The notes under the pieces are model-generated. The model was not told the DNA's origin. It searched no databases and saw only the letters and a list, made by a program, of their open reading frames with translations. Made by a program: the position numbers and the translations under genes. Positions 59,491 to 64,000 of a stretch of DNA of 64,000 bases are shown here, piece by piece. The stretch comes from Minisyncoccota bacterium (GTDB lineage: Bacteria; Patescibacteriota; Minisyncoccia; Phycocordibacterales; UBA9973). The first letter of the stretch is position 1. Each line of letters starts with the position of its first letter. The DNA is taken from the NCBI GenBank assembly GCA_041674285.1, contig JBAYVZ010000001.1:10167-74166 (forward strand), given 5' to 3'.

Positions 59491-59658
59491 CTTATATAAA
59501 AGATCGCTCTTTTTGGGCGGTTTTTTGTTTGCCTTCTGTTATAATATAAGTATAAAATTTTGTAATTTAAAATTTTTAATTTTATAAAAAAATGTTTTAA
59601 AAAATTAATTCATTTAGATATTATTTAAAAATTACAAAATTAAAAATTCAAAAATTGT

Positions 59659-60627
59659 ATGTTAGACCTAACTGAATTAAAGAATAATCACAAGACTAGC
59701 TATCTCGCACATGAATACGAGCGTCTTTTATCTCTAGAAAAAAATGTAAATGATATGGTTGCCGAGGATGAGAGTATGAAAGACCTGGCCGAAGAAGAAC
59801 TTCAAAATATTAAATTCCAAAAGGACGGCATCGAGAGACAGGTAGAGGAAATAATGAAATCCGAAAAAGAGGAAGAAGAATTCCCGAATGAGATAATTCT
59901 CGAAGTCCGTGCTGGTGCCGGTGGGGACGAGGCGTCACTATTCGCATGGCAGCTAGCCCACATGTACGAGATGTATGCCGAGGATCTAGGCTGGGGCTGG
60001 AAGACAAACTACGAATCAGCAAATGATGTCGGTGGGTACAAAGAGGCTTCTTTTGAGGTAAGGGGCAAGGATTGCTACAAGATGCTCCGCTACGAGACAG
60101 GAGTCCATCGTGTACAGCGCATACCTGCGACTGAAAAGAATGGCCGAATACACACATCTACAGCATCGGTAGCTGTGCTACCTATTCGTAAAAAGGCAAA
60201 GTTTGAAATCAATCCAGCAGACCTAGATATGGAGTACTCTCGATCTGGTGGTGCAGGAGGACAGAATGTGAACAAGGTGGAGACTGCAGTTCGATTGATT
60301 CACAAGCCTACAGGTATCGATGTGCGCTGTACCTCAGAGCGTACACAGCTAGGGAACAGGGAGAAGGCCATGTCTATCCTAACTGCAAAACTCGAAGCTA
60401 TGAAGGAAGAAGAAGAAGCAAAGAAATATTCTGCAGATAGAAAGAATCAGATCGGGACAGGGGACAGAAGTGAGAAAATCCGTACATACAACTTCCCTCA
60501 GGATCGTGTGACTGATCACCGCATCCGCCAATCATGGAGTAATATCCCAGGTATAATGGAAGGTAAAATAGAAAAGATTATCGACGCACTAGCATCTGGT
60601 GAGACAGGCGACGCTACAGATGAATAG
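59659..60627 (+). CDS. prfA: Peptide chain release factor 1
   Basis: [12 protein letters not shown] (PxT), GGQ, RTYNFPQ. Confidence 0.93.
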   Translation: MLDLTELKNNHKTSYLAHEYERLLSLEKNVNDMVAEDESMKDLAEEELQNIKFQKDGIERQVEEIMKSEKEEEEFPNEIILEVRAGAGGDEASLFAWQLAHMYEMYAEDLGWGWKTNYESANDVGGYKEASFEVRGKDCYKMLRYETGVHRVQRIPATEKNGRIHTSTASVAVLPIRKKAKFEINPADLDMEYSRSGGAGGQNVNKVETAVRLIHKPTGIDVRCTSERTQLGNREKAMSILTAKLEAMKEEEEAKKYSADRKNQIGTGDRSEKIRTYNFPQDRVTDHRIRQSWSNIPGIMEGKIEKIIDALASGETGDATDE

Positions 60628-60850
60628 TAAAATACCCGAGAAATCGGGTATTTTACTATTTGCTATGTTTTTATATCTCTGTTATACTTGCCTCCAGTAG
60701 TTTGCGTTATGTTTTGGTGAGTTGCATTCTTCGTTGTGGTAAACATTGAGGTATGTAAATGAAATCAGGCTTTTGCGATTACATTTATAAATTAGTTTTA
60801 TTCAAAGATTAATATTGCAAAGTATTATTCCGAGAATCACATTGTCATAT

Positions 60851-61111
60851 ATGGCAAAGAAATTATATGTTGGTGGTCTTCCTTACAAGACTACTAACGA
60901 CGAGCTAAAAGCTCACTTTGAAGGTGCTGGTGCAGTATCTTCAGCAACAATTATCATGGATAAGATGACAGGCCGATCAAAAGGTTTTGGATTCGTAGAA
61001 ATGGAAAACGATGCTGATGCTGACAAAGCAATCTCAATGTTTAATGGTCAAGATTTCGATGGTCGAAATCTAACTGTTAATGAGGCTCGCCCAATGGCAC
61101 CACGCGCATAA
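60851..61111 (+). CDS. RRM RNA-binding protein
   Basis: LYVGGL, KGFGFVEM, VNEARP. Confidence 0.93.
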   Translation: MAKKLYVGGLPYKTTNDELKAHFEGAGAVSSATIIMDKMTGRSKGFGFVEMENDADADKAISMFNGQDFDGRNLTVNEARPMAPRA

Positions 61112-61215
61112 TATCTATATTATGATGCAAACAAAAATCCCCGCTCCGGCGGGGATTTTTGTTTGACATTTTATAATTTCTGGTGTATTATTTTGAAAAC
61201 CCAATTTTTGTAATC

Positions 61216-61863
61216 ATGAATAAACCACAAAATGGATTTGAAAGAAAAATCCAAATGGCTTCAGACAAGCCTACAATGTCTAAAAACTTTTTAACTCAAT
61301 TCCAGTATTTGGATATCATGAGTCATTCAAGTTTGGAAACAGATCGCCGTTTTAATCGTGAGGATTACTACTACGATACCTCAAGTTTTTCACTACTGAA
61401 AGATCAGCTTTCTTTTAGAGTTAGAAAGACTGAAATGGGTGTATCGTTGAAATTTATGGATCACCGTGATTATGTAGAGCATCCGTTTAGTGATGAGGAG
61501 GTAATCGAATGGGAAAAAAGTAAAAAGACAAAGATCCCGACCTCTGTATTCATCAGTGCACCACTATTGGGTAGAACCAAAAAAATGGATTTGACCTTAG
61601 TTGGTATGATTTACTCAATCAGAGCATTGGCATTAGACGGATCTATGGTTTTAGACCACAATTGCTTTAATGGTAGTGAATATGTTAGCTATGAAGTTCG
61701 CCTAAAAGAATGCGAGCAAAGTGTTGTAGGTGAATTTGATAAAATCATGAAGACATACGTAGGTACTACTATGACAAACATCATCGAATCAAAATACCAA
61801 CGCTTGGCTAATGTAATCAGACTTCAAAACCAAAAGAAAGTTGCCCCGGCTGCAGCGAATTAA
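61216..61863 (+). CDS. CYTH-domain-like protein
   Basis: ERK, YYYDT..L....SFRVRK, LD, EV.LKE, SKYQR. Confidence 0.65.
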   Translation: MNKPQNGFERKIQMASDKPTMSKNFLTQFQYLDIMSHSSLETDRRFNREDYYYDTSSFSLLKDQLSFRVRKTEMGVSLKFMDHRDYVEHPFSDEEVIEWEKSKKTKIPTSVFISAPLLGRTKKMDLTLVGMIYSIRALALDGSMVLDHNCFNGSEYVSYEVRLKECEQSVVGEFDKIMKTYVGTTMTNIIESKYQRLANVIRLQNQKKVAPAAAN

Positions 61864-61977
61864 AAAGAGCCTAAAAAACGATCAGACCTGCGTACTTTGT
61901 ACCAGGTCTTTTCTTTTGACATTTATAAAATTATGGTGTAATATTTTGAAAAAACATTTTTTAAATTTTGTAATTAT

Positions 61978-62403
61978 ATGAGCAACCAACAAACGCGCGG
62001 CAACACCGTGGAACCTCGTTACCCATCAGATGCGGTAAGTGCAATGAATTCTGGTAAAAAATCAGGTACTTCAGCAATCCAACATCCTTCAACTTTTAAA
62101 ACTGAAGGACTAAAACCAGATTTTACGAGAAAAATCAACCCAGAACAGCATATGAAGCTGATTCAGCATTTTTCCGAATCGACACGGAATGCCATTCCTC
62201 AAGTTTCTGAAGCAAATGGTGTAAAAGTTAAACACATCAGGGTAAATGTTGAGTACGGTGTAATTCATATTAGTACCTATAAAAATGGGGATAATATAGA
62301 TTATGAAATTTCAATGTTTGTTGTTGGGGACTTACTTTCGTCCGAAAAATGGTTCTTTAAGATCCTGGACATCAACGGAGTAATGATCCGTTTCGCTAGT
62401 TAA
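61978..62403 (+). CDS. Hypothetical protein
   Basis: 141-aa ORF with promoter similar to that of the upstream gene. Confidence 0.65.
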   Translation: MSNQQTRGNTVEPRYPSDAVSAMNSGKKSGTSAIQHPSTFKTEGLKPDFTRKINPEQHMKLIQHFSESTRNAIPQVSEANGVKVKHIRVNVEYGVIHISTYKNGDNIDYEISMFVVGDLLSSEKWFFKILDINGVMIRFAS

Positions 62404-62531
62404 CACTAAATGGCCTGTCGTATTTTACGGCAGGCCGTTTGTTTGCTTTAAAGTCAATTTTTTGCTATATTTGGTTTGCCTACTATTTGTAGGTTTTGTT
62501 TAGTTTTGAATGTTTTTTTATTTTTATATAT

Positions 62532-62606
62532 GAGTGTGTAGTTCAGTGGTAGAACGCTGTCCTGATAAGACAGAGGTCGATGGTCCGATTCCATCCACAC
62601 TCACCA
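62532..62606 (+). tRNA. tRNA-Ile (GAT)
   Basis: Cloverleaf, anticodon loop CTGATAA, encoded CCA; T-loop reads GTCCGATT. Confidence 0.9.
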
Positions 62607-62654
62607 TCCTTCTTTAAATAGAGGGGTATCTGGGGCAATAAGCCTTTTCTTTTT

Positions 62655-62915
62655 ATGGAAAATAATACACAAAAAAAATGGTGGGTAGATGGATTGGGTA
62701 TAGCTATGAAGATTTCTTCTTGGATTGCTGTTCCTATCATCGTATCACTAGTATTGGGTAAGTTTTTAGATAAAAAATACAATACAGAACCAATAATCTT
62801 TATTTCACTTACAATACTCGCTTTTATGATTACGATTTACGGCATTGTGAGATTTTCCATGAGTTATATTAAAGACATAGAAAAAGAAGATACTAAAAAT
62901 GACAAAAGAAACTAA
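62655..62915 (+). CDS. AtpZ/AtpI family protein
   Basis: Two TMs, G..LD....T.P; upstream of atpB. Confidence 0.85.
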   Translation: MENNTQKKWWVDGLGIAMKISSWIAVPIIVSLVLGKFLDKKYNTEPIIFISLTILAFMITIYGIVRFSMSYIKDIEKEDTKNDKRN

Positions 62916-63831
62916 TCACAATGAAATAGATTTAAATACAAACACTTCAGAGGTTGTTGCCGTAGAAGAATCACATGGTGTAACTCACGAGGCTACTTTA
63001 TATGCCGAGCATATAGGTGATATTGGCCCAATGCCTGTCACGAATGCATTATTCACTAGCTGGATCGTGGTGGGTGTTATAGTAATTTTTGCATTAGTTC
63101 TAAAATTTAAAATCAAGCAGGTTCCTCGAGGTATTCAAAATTTCTTTGAGTTCGTTATCGATGGGGCTATGTCTCTGGCTGATCAGGTGACTGGAGACAG
63201 GAAGATATCTGAAAAGGCTTTTCCTATGGTTTTCCCTGTATTCATATTTATACTACTTAGTAACTGGATGGGTATATTGCCACTGGGTGGTTTTGGCCTA
63301 CTGGAACAGACTGATCACGGACAAGCTTTTATCCCCCTTATCCGTAGTGGTACAGCAGATATCAATGGAAACTTGGCTCTAGCTCTCATCTCTATACTGG
63401 GTGCGAATATTTTTGGAATCATCTCAATAGGTCTGTGGAAAACAATCAATAAATATGTTAATCTTAATGCTCTTGGTAGTATATTTACCAAGATAAAGAA
63501 GGATCCTATAATCATTCTCACTGCACCTATCATGTTTGCAATTGGATTCTTGGAATTGATCGGTGAGTTTGCAAAAATCGCATCACTGTCATTCCGTCTT
63601 TTTGGTAACGTATTCGCAGGGGAGGTGTTGCTAGCATCTATGGCAGCAGTTCTCGCATACGCTGTACCTATCCCATTCTTGATTCTTGAAGTTTTTGTTG
63701 GAGTTATTCAGGCATTTATCTTTGCCATCCTGACTTTGGTGTACTACACCATCGCATCACAGGATCACGAAGATCACGATGAACATGAAGATCACAGCAA
63801 GACAGTTCAGGATGGCGCAGTAGCGCATTAA
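62899..63831 (+). CDS. atpB: ATP synthase F0 subunit a
   Basis: SLSFRLFGNVFAGE, IQAFIF. Confidence 0.96.
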   Translation: MTKETNHNEIDLNTNTSEVVAVEESHGVTHEATLYAEHIGDIGPMPVTNALFTSWIVVGVIVIFALVLKFKIKQVPRGIQNFFEFVIDGAMSLADQVTGDRKISEKAFPMVFPVFIFILLSNWMGILPLGGFGLLEQTDHGQAFIPLIRSGTADINGNLALALISILGANIFGIISIGLWKTINKYVNLNALGSIFTKIKKDPIIILTAPIMFAIGFLELIGEFAKIASLSFRLFGNVFAGEVLLASMAAVLAYAVPIPFLILEVFVGVIQAFIFAILTLVYYTIASQDHEDHDEHEDHSKTVQDGAVAH

Positions 63832-63854
63832 AATTTGAGGTCAAATATTATTAG

Positions 63855-64000
<146 letters not shown>

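Overview
AT-rich bacterial chromosome segment. Gene content (short ValS/PrfA, archaeal-type Cmk, cohesin/dockerin surface proteins) and -10 boxes close to start codons with few Shine-Dalgarno sites suggest a Patescibacteria (CPR, Parcubacteria-like) genome; this is inferred, not demonstrated. 1-13 kb holds large secreted/surface proteins and a REP-associated Y1 (HUH) transposase with three palindromes. The backbone has ychF, tsaC, leuS, murJ, lepA, valS, tsaD, cmk, murE/D/C, PBP2, greA, lysS, rplY, rpmE, prfA, the start of the atp operon and four tRNAs (Gly-CCC, Arg-CCT, Phe-GAA, Ile-GAT). An accessory island follows tRNA-Phe (about 30-37.6 kb). The most unusual signals are non-coding: (1) two homologous leaderless leader-peptide attenuators (peptides ending NL..[LF]EG-stop) with mutually exclusive terminator/antiterminator pairings; (2) a TTACCACTTC..GCCCCGTAG..TGGGG hairpin element abutting displaced, synonymously variant copies of ychF and tsaD gene ends; (3) promoter-ORF-terminator cassettes with shared flanks but unrelated payloads, one an LpxC homologue; (4) a mini-array of tRNA-Phe 5' fragments with spacers; (5) a seven-hairpin RNA and two small promoter-terminator RNAs. 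All calls are by eye from the sequence and ORF track; no database searches were run.
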